Origin: Hyphochytrium catenoides
Lineage: Eukaryota > Protista > Hyphochytriomycota
DNA length: 64,000 bases
Assembly: GCA_900088475.1 (NCBI GenBank)
Contig: FLMG01003251.1
Location: 70,762-134,761, forward strand
Reading direction: 5' to 3'
Of this stretch, positions 12,299-25,418 are shown piece by piece. How positions within the stretch are numbered: position 1 is the stretch's first letter; every line of letters starts with the position of its first letter. A program made the translations under genes and the position numbers. The notes under the pieces were generated by a model, which had not been told where the DNA came from, did not search any database, and saw only the letters and a list, made by a program, of their open reading frames with translations.

Positions 12299-13855
12299 CT
12301 AATCTATATGGTACTGCACCACTTGTCTCTGAGGTGGCTGAGCCTCTGCTTCCACCCTCTTCAGTGCGAAGTCAATCCTGACATTAAGAAGTCTATGGTT
12401 GTCACGCCTTCTGGTGATGTGTACTTCTCCTTCTACCACATCCCCATCGCAAACTTGGATAGGAGGAGCCACCAGGAAGCTCTGCTGGCCCCAATGCGTG
12501 TATCCAATGTACGGTGCTGTGCTGAGAGTGACAGGCGTAGGTGCAGGATTCTGAGGACTGCCCTTGAAATCCACGTCAAACCAGCCTGCGAAGGAACTTA
12601 ACCGCGTCACCTTTTGAATAGGGCAGAAAAATCGACTCCGGATTTCCTCTATATCCTTGACAGAAATCTTCAGCAGGTCCAACTCACAAATCTTCGAGGG
12701 AGCACCAATGACTTTGTCGTCTGTCAGCTCTACCCAGAGTGAAGTACGAAGGAAGTAATCTTCCTGTTCTTGTCGGAAAGAACCCGAGAGCACGCTCATA
12801 TCCACTCCATAGGCTCCCCGAGTGTCCTCAATGAAAGCTGACCAATCGTCCATCGCCCTGTTGAAGTCCGTCACCTTTCGCATGCATTCCTCCTCATCAT
12901 TCACGGGGGCGATGTACATAGAGGCATGAGAAGGGAAGAGAGAGCCTCCCGCTTTAAGCCAGCGGTCCCTAGCAACTAGTACAGAGTCAAGCATGGACTC
13001 TCGGAGCAAAAAGTATCCCTATAGCGGTCGTAAGGAATAAAATCAGAAGACCAACTTGAAAAATGAGGTGGACGAGACGTGAGGATGAGGGAGGCTATCA
13101 AAAGAAACGATGCAATCATTTGGCTCTAGATACAGCGCAAGGAGGTCACGCGAAAGACAAAGCTGGCTGCTGATGGGCCGTTAGTGAAGGGCGATGCTAC
13201 CGTGAGAGACCAACAGCAGCATAATAATTGGCTTTGAGTCAGCTGAATTTACCACGAGACTGAGACCGGCGGATGGTAACAGGACGCGGGGACAAGAGAA
13301 GCAGGAGAGATGATCTTAACTCACCATCCATTCTGAGATGATAATATCCACCTTCTCTGGCAAATCAATGTCCTCTACCTTTCCCTGAATAACCTCGATC
13401 TTGCCCTCTAAGCCATTGCACTTCACTAGCGACCTAGCATGCTTGGCCATATCCGTTGCCTGCCGCCCGAAGAGAAAGCAATCGTTAAAAAGTCCCCGTA
13501 AAGCTCAATGGAGATCCCAGAAAAAGGAATAAGGCAGAGATGCAAAGGGGTATCACGCATTAAGGGCTCATTAGGAGCAAAAAGGAAGGAAGGAGAAGGG
13601 ACATGACTCTCTCACCTCTACCGCGTAGACCTTTCTCGCGCCTGCAATAGCGGACCATAGCGCGAGAATTCCGCTTCCTGTGCCCACATCGAGCACTACT
13701 TTATCTTTAAAAAGAGCCTGGTTGTTGAAGACAGATTTGTAGTACGCCTGCATGCGGACTTCGTCCGTTAGCATCTGCTTTTGATGGTAGAGGAAAGCAT
13801 AGGTGCAGAAGTAATTCGCGAAGTCGCTTGACTCTTCAAACTTCTCTGAGGCCAT
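12299..13855 (-). CDS. PRMT10: Type I protein arginine N-methyltransferase, PRMT10-like
   Basis: Exons 13855-13616, 13459-13325, 13018-12299, all phase 0. Motifs VLDVGTGSGILA, VYAVEA, double-E loop IISEWMGYFLLRESMLDSV, THW loop YTHWGQ. The N-terminal YFCTYAFLYHQKQML resembles, from memory, plant PRMT10 (YFCTYSFLYHQKDML). Confidence 0.9.
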
Positions 13856-14281
13856 GATGATGACGGATGACGGTAGGATCAGGTGTCTAGTGCTGGGACA
13901 GACTCTTGAAGCTTCAGAACCACTTCTTGGGGCTATCGAGCTCTGCTTCTTCTTAACTCCACTCCGCCGTCTCCTGATCTCTCTTCTTCAAGGCCGTCTA
14001 GCTCTTGAAGAGTTGCTTTGATTGCGGCATCCTCGTCCTTTCTCCTCTCGCCTGTTGAGACTTCCCAGGATAACTGGCGCTTCAACGCTATGGCAGTGGT
14101 TCAGAGCTCAGAAAGCACGAAGATCCTCCTCCTCCACTCCTTCCATCAGCATGGATACCTTCTCGTCCGATTCTGAATCAGTCTGAACTTAATGGCTTGC
14201 CTGCAGAATATGTGAAGCGACACAATGAGAAGCTGGTGAACTTGGGCCGTTTCGAGGATTCTTCTCCCTCATCCTTTCTTT

Positions 14282-14301
14282 TCTCTCTCTCCCTCTCACT
14301 T

Positions 14302-14371
<70 letters not shown>

Positions 14372-14381
14372 CCTCTCACTT

Positions 14382-14428
<47 letters not shown>

Positions 14429-14526
14429 GTCTCTCTCTTTCTCTCTCTCTCTCTCTTCCCCTCTCTCTTTCTCTCTCTTTCTCTCTCTCTCTCTCTTGGT
14501 TCCTCGCGCTCTCTCTCTCTCTCTCT
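14282..14526. repeat. Imperfect (CT)n microsatellite between the divergent PRMT10 and ANK-TPR genes
   Basis: Directly visible ctctct tract with TTT/CCC interruptions. Confidence 0.97.
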
Positions 14527-14790
14527 TTGTGTCTATCCCTATCCCTCCTCTATGGCTAGCTGGCACTCGCAATCCTTCTCGCTGTCTCTTCTGGCTCTCT
14601 CATAGAACATTTTACCATCTTACTCTCTTTATGATCCCGTTTACAATGTCCATCTTTTGTCATTAGAGGTGGGCTTCACGCGCTTAGAACTTTTCCCCAT
14701 TCAGAGAACGATAGACAGAAGTAACGGTGCATAGAATGAGGAGGTGAGAAAGGGAGCTCTGTGCACCAGCGCGTCCCGCGGCTGTCAGTC

Positions 14791-17700
14791 ATGATGCAAC
14801 CGTCAGAAAGTGGCCAAGGCAATGAGGGAGAAAAGGAGAGAACGCTTGAGAACAAGGAGCAGCTCCAGGAGAGGAGCGCACCACCGCTCAAGCAGGATAA
14901 GTTGACCTACGAAAGGCTGTTTGTTATCTGTCAGTACGGAGAGCCGAAGGAGCTGGAGGTAAAATCACTTGTGATACACCTGTCTAGGCTCTGGACCTCC
15001 TTCTCTCCTCCTCCCACCAAGCACACTCTTCCCTTCGTCCGTCCGTGTCTGTACCTGGCACGCTTCTCTTAACTCCATCTCGCAGCGACTACTACTCCGT
15101 CCTCTGACCTCGAGAGCTTTCTCTGTCTTTCATTTGATCATTTGATCCTCGCCCAAGAGTCTTTGGCCTACTTTCGCTCTTCCTCCCCATCCTATATATT
15201 TCTTCGGTTCTCGCATGCCTTGTACCAGCTGGTCCTTAATTGTCTCACTATCGACTAGAACTTAATCCGCTGGACCTTCTTCGATATCAATCAGCAGGAC
15301 GAGGTAAACACAGCGTGCTCCTCATCCCTCTCTCTCTCTCTGTACCTCATTCTCTCTCTCTCTGTCCGTCTCCTCTCTCTCTCACTCACGCACACACACT
15401 TGCACACCCATTCTTTTCCCACGTCCCCATTCTCTCTTCCGTGCTTCTTCAACGGCCTTGCGGCTCCTTATCGTCAGTTCTCTTTCCAGTCCGTCTTTCC
15501 TGCACACTTTCCTCGCTAACATCTCCAATACAGTCGTCGGGCTCTTCAGCTCTTCACCTGGCTGCAAAGGCTGGTCAGGACAAGATAGCAGAGGTACTTT
15601 GCAATCATGGGATCAAGGTAGACTTGTTGGACAAGGTAAGAAGGCGACGACAAGGAATGAGCAAAAAGAAAGATAAGAAGGGTCATACTCACAATGAAGG
15701 GGAAGGGAAATGATGGCTAACAGGAGTAAGATAGAGACGGGAGAGAGAGAGAAGAGAGACTAGTAGAATGTCCACGTCACCGGTTGGACCGGAAGGGAAC
15801 AGCGAAAGAGCTAAATTGACAGAAGAGCGATGGAAGTGACGCTGCACACCATAGAGTGGAGCCCTCTTAATCTTGGTCAATGGTATCTCTGAAGCCAGGT
15901 TAGTGATTCGGTCTCTTGATCTCTCTGCTCTTCTTCCTGCTGCTAGGGAGGAAACACGGCCTTACATTTGGCGGCTGGCTACGCCTCGAGAGAAACCGTT
16001 CTTACTCTTTTGGCCCACGGTGCAAATCCTTCCACTAAGAATCTGGTACTCGTCTCTTCTTCTCTTTGCATATTCCGTTTCCTTTTGTCCACTTGCTTTA
16101 TTGCATTGTAACGTTCTGTCCTAGTTCTCTCATGAAGTGCCCCTCCTCTCTAGTCACATCTATCACCGACTGCATCCTTCCTCTTTCATGAAACTCGCAT
16201 TTGGACCTTTCTTTTTATCATCTAATACCTTCTCTCTTCCTCAACTGCTTCCACAGAGGAATCAAACTCCAGCTGACCTGGCCACGCTCCTTCATAGAAG
16301 TGATAACGTGGAAGTCTTTAGAGGTTGGAAGCCTTTCAAAGGAGAAGATAGAGGTAAGCTGAATCTTGGGAGATTCGAGCGTAAGGATATCCTTCTTTGA
16401 GCTGAGAAAACAGAAGAGACGGGACATGCTTCTCTCCAGCAAAGTTGACCCATCCGTCGTAACAGGGGAGGCGAAAGAAGATGAGAAGGCCACTCTTCAG
16501 GAAGAACCTGAGGAGCTGCTTCTGCAACTTAAGGGTCTTGCAATTAAAGAAGCGGCTATTGGTAGACATGATATCCGTAAGTCTCACATGCTTGCGATAT
16601 CCCGCAGTCGCCCACCTCTTAGTTCCATCCTTTACCCTCTTTGTCCCCAAAATTCTGTCAATTTATAGGGATGACTTTAGCCCTTCTGCTCGCTTTGCCT
16701 CTCATTTTCTCCTTCGCAATTGGTTCGGAACCTCTCTTGGCTTTCGTCCATCCGTCCTCTATATCACTTTCGTCTCCATCGGCCACATCGCACCACTCAT
16801 CACGATCCACTAGCATCAGCTGCAGTTGGATCCGTTACGATTCCACCAGATCTCGGCATCCATTTTATTGCTTGAGAACCTTTTTAAAAATGTACACTCG
16901 TGCTGGGTTATTCTCGCTTTCCGCTGCTGCCCATGGGTTAGGTTAACATGCTCACTGTTCGTGGGCTCTGCAGGTCTTACCCTAAGTCTTAACAAGGTCG
17001 CAGGTGTCTACAGGTAAGCCTAATACCTGCTGCAGCTGACGCTCTCAATATATATCGCCTCCGATGTCTTCCGTATTGCGGCTCTCCAATTTTTTTCATC
17101 TCTAACGACGGTCTATTTCTCTCTTCGCTCAACAACCCTAGAAAGCTAGGCCGCCTTCAAGAGGCTGAAACGGTTCTGCTCCGCCTCCTACGGATAACAG
17201 AAGACACCTTAGGTCCGGAAGATCTTGAGACAGCGGCAGTGCTAAATAACTTGGCAGTTCTGTGCCACTTCCAGGTAAAGTGGTTGAAGACTAAGGCCCT
17301 CTCTCTCTCTCTCTCTTTCCGTCGGTTGTTGTCTGTCAGTCCTCTCTTTATCCCTTTCGTCTGATGAGGCTGCTCATCTTGAACTCTGGCTAATCTGTGT
17401 AGTGTTACGACATGGACAGGGCAAAACAGACCAGGCCAAGCTTTATCTGAAGAGGAGTGCTATGATCTTGGAGAAGCAGCAGCAAAAGGACGATCCGCGG
17501 TGTCTGACAGTTCTGCAAAACGCTGCAGCTCATTACGTTGACATGGGAGAGCCCCCACAAGCTGTCCTCCTCATAGAGGATCTCATCCAGAGGAAAGAGA
17601 AGGGCTTTCTTTTAGAAGAGAAAGAGAACCTTCTTCTTGTCCCTCTCTTCCTCGTTCTCGGAAGTGAGCAGATGAAACTTCAGCACTTTCAAAAGGCACA

Positions 17701-17992
17701 AAGTTCCTTTTCCAGAGCCGTCAGAATCCTCGAACACAACTTCGGCCTTTCTTCTCCTTCCCTGATTCAAAGTTTAGAGTGGCTCGCGCAGGCGAAGTTT
17801 GCTGCGGAAGAGTTCAAAGAGGCAGAAATCATCTTTCAAAGAGTCCTAGCCTTAGCAGAAGACAAAGAGATGAGGTGCGCCATTGAAGAGGGGCCGAAGA
17901 AGGAGAGATCCAGCTTGGTTAAGCGCTGTGAAAACAACTTGGCAACTGTTTACCTAGCTGTCGCGGAGCAACGGCGGCGTACTGGAAGATAA
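14791..17992 (+). CDS. Ankyrin-repeat plus kinesin-light-chain-type TPR protein
   Basis: Spliced reading gives ankyrin repeats DINQQDE/SSGSSALHLAAKAG..KVDLLDK/GGNTALHLAAGYA..HGANPSTKN/RNQTPADLA, followed by KLC/NPHP3-like TPRs (LQEAETVLLRLLRITEDTLGPEDLETAAVLNNLA; FSRAVRILEHNFG; CENNLATVY). About 9 exons with GT-AG boundaries. Confidence 0.8.
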
Positions 17993-18323
17993 GTTACTGA
18001 TGGAACAAAGAAAAGCAGAGCCATCACTTTTCCTGAGCCTGGGGAAGTCCTAGTTTTAAGACTCACTCCCACTATCTCACCATGCCAAAGCACGATGCGG
18101 GTCATCTGGATTTTGTACGGATTTCCTTTACTCTCTAACACAACTGCTAGCCTACAAATGTGAGAGGTGAAGCTTGGTGCAGAACGCCAGACTAAGAGGT
18201 TATAAGCCTGGAAAATTGGGCAGAAGCGTATGGAAAGGATTTTTATTGGGGCCAAGGTGCCAAGAGATGCACCACAAGTGCAGGCACTTCTATCAACAGC
18301 TCCCACGCAGTCCCTGGGGGTAT

Positions 18324-21300
18324 CTACACTGCCTCATTCCTCAAACTTGTCTCTTCCTTTGAGAGCAATGGCTCGCCCAAACCCTCCTTTCCCTTCTGAC
18401 CCTTCGAGTTAAATAAATAGCGGGAAAAGCTCTCGGAGTCAGTAACAGGATGGCCCTCCTTAGAAGCCGACAGTCGGTAACAGCGTTGAACGTGCTCAGG
18501 CGTGAGATCTTGACGAGTTATTATTCCTAGTGACAGCGAGACAGACATCCTTGTTAGTTTGAGATGCCAGAACCTATAGCCGGTTAGGTTAAAGAGGACT
18601 AACAATAGTCAGAGGCGTACCGTACACCATCCCATACCCCTACACAAGACCATTCTCACTCGCGCTCTTTGCTCCTTCATCCCTGGCCCGAACATCGCGG
18701 TACCTGTTACTTCGTTATATCTGTTGACCACCACCAGATGCCTAAGTCCGCTAGTTCGAAAGACTTCGTAGGCGCGGGTGAAGGAGGACGTCTCTTGCGT
18801 GGTTTGAGGAGTTTCATGAACGTAAGGAGAGAGGTCTAACCACATTCGTCTCTCCTCCTCAGTGATAAAGCTTCTATCTCCACTGACATCGGGAAACCTA
18901 GGATATGCCCTCTCCATGCGGCGGAAGGATAAAGAGAACCTGTTGCGATTTATTTCTCTATTCGTCCTTGCGCTTTTTGTAGGAGGTTGCCTCGTAAATG
19001 GAGCCGGCCTTTCAGGAAAGAAATCCTTCTCATTCAGCAGGACTGCAAGCTGCTTTCGCATGATAAGGCCAGCAAACAGCAGCCTTCTCTTTGGACCACT
19101 TCTAAGCCCAAGTGACCTTTCATCTTCATTCCGGTCTTCCTCCTCCGGCGCTACTACTGGGAAGCCATGATGTTTGGTCTCCGAAAGTAGGTCAAGGATG
19201 TATCCAACTCTCACCACGAGTGGCGTGCACTTTGGATGAGGAGTCATAACATCCTTGGCCTTCAAGAGTGTCCCAGATGCTGGTGGTTCCCCCTCAAGAA
19301 ATGGAATATGTCTGGCAGAGATAGAAGAATCTAAGGCCTGAGGACATTATCTATAGAGCTTTGAACTTTGGAAGAAACTAGAAGGAGACTAAACAGTGCT
19401 GCGAAGTTACAGCTCAAGGCAGGTTGGGAGGCTTGTCAGGCAAAGGGAGAGCTTTGTGCTATTAGCAACAGAGAAGCACTCCCCTCGCCAGGGAAGCCAC
19501 CCGCCAATAGTGGCGGTGAATGTATGGTAGACTACAATATGGAGAGTAAGCGGAATCGACGAGGAGAATTTTCCTAAGGACTAGAGAAGGAGACAAGGAA
19601 GACTCGCTTACCTAAGGTGTATGTGTATGTCATACAGCCCTTCATTGAACAGATTCCCGCTCCACCTTGCGGCTATGAGTGTGAGCATCAGTGGCAGACC
19701 ATACAGAATGCTTCCAGTACACTCTAAAATGATGACGGTAAGTGAGATTGTCATCCGAGTGACGCCTCCCAGGACCGCTACAGCGCCTATGAGTCCATAG
19801 GTGGACTCATCCACATCCTGTGCAAGGGAACCCCGCGAAAACACCTAAAAGCGGAGGTGAGTGTTAGGTGCGAGGTATTAGACTTAGCGTTGTGGCGCAA
19901 ATGGCAACTGAGCGCCGTCATATTAGTCAAAGGTAAAGAGAAACCTTCGCAATCTGCTTACCAAATGAATTAGGTGAGTCCAAAGCCGGCCGTACACCGA
20001 ACCCGTTAGCAAGGCCGGGACGAACAAGCCACTAGGGACCTGAAAAGGACACACGGAGAGTCGGAAGAAGTTCAGAGGCGCATGCATCAATGTTTCGGCC
20101 CCCTTTCCTGTGACTTGATTTCTCGGCTACCTAGTCCCCTCTTGGGTCCTTAACTAGCTTAGAATTTCATCTCTCCCTGGATCATTTGTCTGAGCTTCAC
20201 CTTAGTGCCGTAAGTCCAGCAGGCCATGGAAAAGTAAGACAAGAAGAACAACAAGAGCACGCCCACAGAGAAGGTTCCCTCCGAGGCATGCAGCAGCTGC
20301 CTGATTGCCTTCTCCCCTGAAGTCATAAAGAGTGTAGCCGCGTCGTTGTATTCCTTCTCAGGGTTTGCACAGAAGAAGCCGACCATGTCCTCCTTGTATC
20401 TTCAAAATGTGACCGGATGATAAAGAATGAGACATGATTCGAAAACAGCCAATATATTGCGGAAGAATAGGGGTAAGCGTGGAAGCAAAATCTTGTGCTA
20501 GATTAAGAAGGAGTCGCAGGCACGTCGGTAGAGAGTCACAACTTATACAGGATAGTATGATTGGCCTCCAACCTGAATTTAAAATCAGTCCCCGAGAGCA
20601 AGAATAGAGAATGAAGGTTTAAGGACTCTAGAAACGACGCGCGTCACCTGTTGTCCTGCAGGGTGTGCCGCTCTTCGGTCCTACTGTAAGCGTAGATCTT
20701 TTCTGGGCGTGGGCGGCACTGGCCGAATAGGTACGAGAAAACGAAGCAGACCATAGCGATAAGGAGGGACCCTGGAAGGATAGCTGTAAGGGTGGAGAGT
20801 AAACTCCGTACCTAGGGTGCCAGGACTAAGTAGCAGAGCTTGGCAGCACCTAAACTGGGCCTGTACTAGTCCCTCTAACATTACTTTCCTAGACTCATCT
20901 TTCAGGCCTTTGGGCCTTTGACTTCCCTTTTCCTTCTTACCTGTGAGCACTTCAAAGAGTCCATGCGCACTCGATCTGATCCATCTGGCCCTCCATTGCG
21001 TGATCTTGGTATTCAGGGAGTTGAACACTGCGCCCAATAGCCCACCGCCAACCCCCATTAGAATAAACAGAGGTACCTCATAGATCTGATAACTCCCCCC
21101 ATAAACCTAAGTGATGCAGTGGAAGATAGAGCAAAAGTTATCAAGTCAGAGAGATCCTTCCATGCTTTGACCCACTAACACGTGCAAACGCAGTCGTTCT
21201 CTCCGTGTCTCACCTCGCCAAAGGTGAAAGTCCCTGACATGGTACCTAGCTCTCCAAACTTCTGTCCAGGCTGGATGCCTGACAGCACCACCGAGACCGT

Positions 21301-22862
21301 AAAGGAGGAGATAAGTGAGCAAAAGAAGGTCCTCCATGTGAGCTGCCGGTGCCAGAATGAGGCTCCTTCTTCCAGAACAAAGAGCACTCCGCCGATTGGG
21401 GCTCCGAAAGCGGCGGCCACTCCTGCTGCCGCTCCACATGAAACAAAATCTCTCTTTTCGCGATCATTCCTGAAAGGAGAGAATATCGAAAAGGAGGTAT
21501 CGTAGCCCAATGTCGAGGACTTGCCCTGGGATATTCCTGCACCTACAACGGCGCCACTGATTCCCGGCAGAAGGAACATAGACAATAGAAATGGTAGCAT
21601 CAGTGTTACGCTTCGCGACAAACTCTACTCCAATAGTACCGAGTAGGGTCGCATAGGGCCACAATGCACAGGTCAAGAAAAGAAGAAAGACAACGCAGAC
21701 CCACTGAGAAAAAGCATTGGTCGTACGTGTGGATCATGGGCCCTTCCTTCCCTACTGGAAGGCCTCCAGCAACGGCAAACGTAACTCCGATCGCTTTAGC
21801 AAGAAGTGTCCGCAAACGAACGAGCCGTGGGATTTTTACACCTGACCAGAGCCACACAGTACGAAGCAGACATGAGAGCTCTTGAACACAGCTTCTCTCA
21901 CAAGAACTATGAGGAAGTAGAAAAGATAAAAGCTCTACCACAAATCAGGTTACGGTCACATGCCACTTGTTAGTTTCTCGAGCGGGGAAGACGAAAGTTA
22001 CCATTAAGGTAGCTCTTCACTTCAGGTATGCCAGAGCCTGCAGCGATGGGCTCAAGCAGAACCACCAGCAACGAAGCTATGAGGACAAAGCCCATGCTGG
22101 AGCCGCACCAGACCAAGAACGCATTCAGATGCTGATGATCATCGTACATGCGCTTCGTGAGAGAGACCTGTTGAAAACAATGGGGGAAACAAAGAGGGAC
22201 TATTAGATTGAGGCAGGTGAGTAGACGGTCAAGGACTTCGATATGACGCCAGAGAGGCAAATGGCAAACTCAACGAGGGCAAAGCCAAGTGTGGGTGAGG
22301 ATGAAAGATATCGCTGGTCCCACCGGCGGAAGATGGCATCCTAACATGTAACTAACATTGCATTGCATCAAAAGGACCAGACTGCGAGACGGAGGGAAGA
22401 AGAGGATAGAGGAGATTCAGAGTCCACAACCTTCAACTGGCTGAGTCTCTCTGTGCCTACTAATATCCCAACGGCGATAAGTGCAGTGATGGTCCCTATG
22501 AAGAATGTAAACACCCAGCGTGTAAGGGTGATCCGCGCACGCTCCTTTCCATCGCGGTAAGCGTACTTCAGGCCTGTCTGGTGCACAATGCTTTCGAAGT
22601 TATCTACCAAATGACAGCAGACTAGTTAGCGCAACACAGAGCTGAGGGCGCGATAGAGCCGCAAGGGTGAGGAACTGAGAACATACATACGCCCCCAAGA
22701 CGACGCGAGTGCTCCAGCTTTAGCGGAGTCAATCGCGCCAAGGAGCAGTCGTAAGAAGAGAGCAGATACCGAACCGATGAAGAAGTCAAGAGAACCGTCA
22801 AAAGAGAGGCCCGCACCATAATCCAGGCTTTCTATGCCCTCTTCCATCTTGGTGCGAACCAT
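18324..22862 (-). CDS. CLC chloride/proton exchanger (CLC-6/7-like) with two CBS domains
   Basis: Signature motifs [22 protein letters not shown] (gating Glu), [18 protein letters not shown] (proton Glu), [30 protein letters not shown] motifs DVMTP..HHGFPVV and [21 protein letters not shown]. Multi-exon; start at 22862 or 22847. Confidence 0.93.
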
Positions 22863-23782
22863 TTCGCCCTATAATACGGCTCACGATGGCCTTAGTCCAT
22901 CTCCTTCAAGCCGCTCGCACACCTCTCTTCTTGCTTGCTTGCTAGCTGCTAATGGGAACTTGCTTGGCGACTCCTCTCTCCCCGCTACTCACGTAGTTGA
23001 GAGATTGAAGTTGATACCTAGGTCTCTGTTCACAGGGACTGCAAGTGGAGGAAGGATAAGCGGAGAACAAAGGGATAGGAGAACGAAGACGGACAAGTTG
23101 CCGCGATGCGATGGTCGTGAAACTGAGAGAGAGAAGACTGACGAGCGCACGTCGTCGCTCTTCTTCGGATCATGGGGCGGAAGGATGAAGAACCTCTTCA
23201 AGGCAGGAAAGAGGCTGACAAGAAACTTCAGGGAGAGCTATTGAAGACACAGAAGACAGAGAGAGATAGAGACACACAAAGAGAGAAAGAGTAATGACTA
23301 AGGATGACTGGCAAATGTATGACAATAGAGAGAAATAAGAGCGAGACAGAGACAGAGGAAGAGCATGGAAGAGACAGCGTGGCCGCCGAGAAAGAGACCA
23401 CAGAAAGACAGAGAGAGACAGAAACACCTTCACAAAGAAGACAAGGGCTAAATAGCCGGTAACGGTGGTGGTTTGTTGTCACACTGCCGTTGTCGAGCCT
23501 CATCCCTTCGCCTGCAGCCTGAAGTCCGGAAGCCAGAGCTCCAGCAGCAGCAGCAGCAGCAGCCGATAGACGAGGAAGCTTGGCAAGCACCTCTAGAGTC
23601 GCAATACGCTCCGTTTCATTGTCACACACGGCACTTAACCCCAGCAAAGAAGAGGCACGGAGTCCGTTGACCTTCAACCTCACTGAGGTGGACAAACAAA
23701 CAAGGCTGACTGGGCAGCGCCGGAGAGAGGTGAAGGCTACTTTGTGTCGAAGAAGTCAAAAAAGGAGTTCTTAGGAGGCAGA

Positions 23783-24358
23783 ATGACTGTCATATGCCTG
23801 GGATGCTTCTGCATTCCCATCTACACGGTTATACCGGCCATCCTCTACCTTGCTGTCCAGTTTTGGTCTAAGATCAAGACATTCCTGGGCATTCAAACGG
23901 TCGATGAGAAGCAACATGGTGGTCCCACGGCCAAACCCCATGCAACCTCGAAGCCACTCAATGCTGCCGAGTCCAAGATGCGCCGCAGAAGACCGAAGAA
24001 CGGCAAGCCGGAGCAGTTTTCCATCCCAGATGGAGTGCAAGAGGTAGACGACCCCGATGACTGGGATGCCCTCTTGTCCAGGTGTGCGGAGAATGATGTC
24101 CCAATAATTGTTGAGTTTTGGGGCGGCTGTTGTCAGCCATGCAAGGAGATCGCACCATACTTTGAAGAGCTTTCATCTCAACATAAGGACATTCTCTTTG
24201 CCAAAGTCAACTGCGATGAAGCTCCTACTATCGCGGCTCGATACACAGTGCTCGCACTTCCTACTTTCGTCGTCATCAAGGGCTCGGAGGCAGCAGAGAA
24301 ACTTCAAGGAGCACAGAAATCAAAGCTTGCGGACCTTGTCAGGCGGCATTGTGCTTAA
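23783..24358 (+). CDS. Thioredoxin with an N-terminal Cys-rich hydrophobic anchor and atypical CCQPC active site (intronless)
   Basis: C-terminal Trx fold IIVEFWGGCCQPCKEIAPYFEELS..FAKVNCDE..LPTFVVIK. N-terminus MTVICLGCFCIPIYTVIPAILYLAVQFW is hydrophobic. Confidence 0.88.
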   Translation: MTVICLGCFCIPIYTVIPAILYLAVQFWSKIKTFLGIQTVDEKQHGGPTAKPHATSKPLNAAESKMRRRRPKNGKPEQFSIPDGVQEVDDPDDWDALLSRCAENDVPIIVEFWGGCCQPCKEIAPYFEELSSQHKDILFAKVNCDEAPTIAARYTVLALPTFVVIKGSEAAEKLQGAQKSKLADLVRRHCA

Positions 24359-24753
24359 GTACAAGCTTAGAGTGCCTAATAAAGTTATTATTCAGCTCTT
24401 GTTAGCACTCAGTCGCAACAACGTGTCCCATATAAAGCTTTATACATCCCTAGGGGGCAGCGGCCATGACTACCTAACTTGCGCATTCAACACGTAGAAC
24501 GGCCTCCGCCACAACTTCTCTTTCCTCTTGATACTCTTAGCTTTGTGTCCTCTCGCCATATCATCATTCATTCTCCTTCTTGGTCTTGCATCCGATTAGC
24601 GGGCCCACCATGATGAGCTCCATGCCAGAGATATATAAAGAAGTGGAGAGAGAAGGTAGCCGATCAATTCCCTCCGCACAGGTCCTCCTAGCTCTCCACG
24701 GCTTCGGCTCCTTGTAGCAGAAGTAATAAGAATAGTGTTTCACGCCGTGTGGT

Positions 24754-25365
24754 CTACTCGCCAATCTTTTTGTCCTTATGGAAGTGGAAGAACTTCTTTC
24801 TCTTGACCTTCACCTTCTTCTTGCCCACCGACTTAACGGGCTTCTTGTTTGCCTTCTTTGGCGCAACTTCGGGCTCTGGAGGTCTCTCATCACGAAGCTC
24901 GATGAGGCCCGAGGAGCCAGGCTGGAGCGTGCTCTTTACCGCTAAAAGTGATGAGGAGCTCGCTAGTTTGGAAAAGCAAGAGACAACGAGAGTCGAAGAA
25001 GTGAGAAAGGGGCTGTGCTGGAAAGGGGCAAATACGTCGGCTTATCGAAGTGTTGCTAGCAGTCTGGAAAGACGAGATCGGCAAAGGAAGAGCAAACGAC
25101 TACGGCCACGCAAGGAGAACAACAACAGAACATTGGCTGACGCAAGTGAGAGGCAGCAGCCAGCCAAGCCAAGAATTTGACACGAGGATAAAGAAAGAAG
25201 AGAACCTAAGCCAAGCCCCGAGGTCTTACTTGTTGGTTGGGCTAAAACCTTTGCTAGCTCTGCTTGTATTTTTTCCTCCTGTTTGGTGACCACTGGGACT
25301 CCGACTCGCTCTCTCAGCTCCGTGCGAAATCTCCTCTTGATCTTGGACCGCAAACCCTTCGCCAT
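24754..25365 (-). CDS. LLPH/LLP-like small basic nucleolar protein
   Basis: N-terminal MAKGLRSKIKRRFRTELRE matches the MAKS/GLRSK..R..R family motif. Two exons (25365-~25230 and ~24950-24754) giving a Lys-rich C-terminus ending KKIGE*. Confidence 0.7.
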
Positions 25366-25418
25366 TGTCCCTCAACCTTGGTTTCCAACAAGCAGCCGCT
25401 CACTTGTGCTCTGTTCTA

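Noticed and set aside
11259-14572. Long RE-rich and SL-rich ORFs at 11259-11885 and 14189-14572
   Set aside because: They are translation artefacts of GA/CT microsatellites.
15229-15303. Apparent in-frame TAG in an ankyrin exon (LVLNCLTID*NLIRWTFFDINQQDE), suggesting stop-codon reassignment
   Set aside because: The TAG is simply the splice acceptor. Joining ..PKELE to NLIRWTFFDINQQDE keeps phase 0, so no recoding is needed.
24462-24504. SECIS-like GGCC-ATGA...GA-ACGGCC hairpin in the thioredoxin 3' UTR
   Set aside because: Helix II would be only about 3-4 bp instead of about 11-12, and the thioredoxin has no in-frame TGA.
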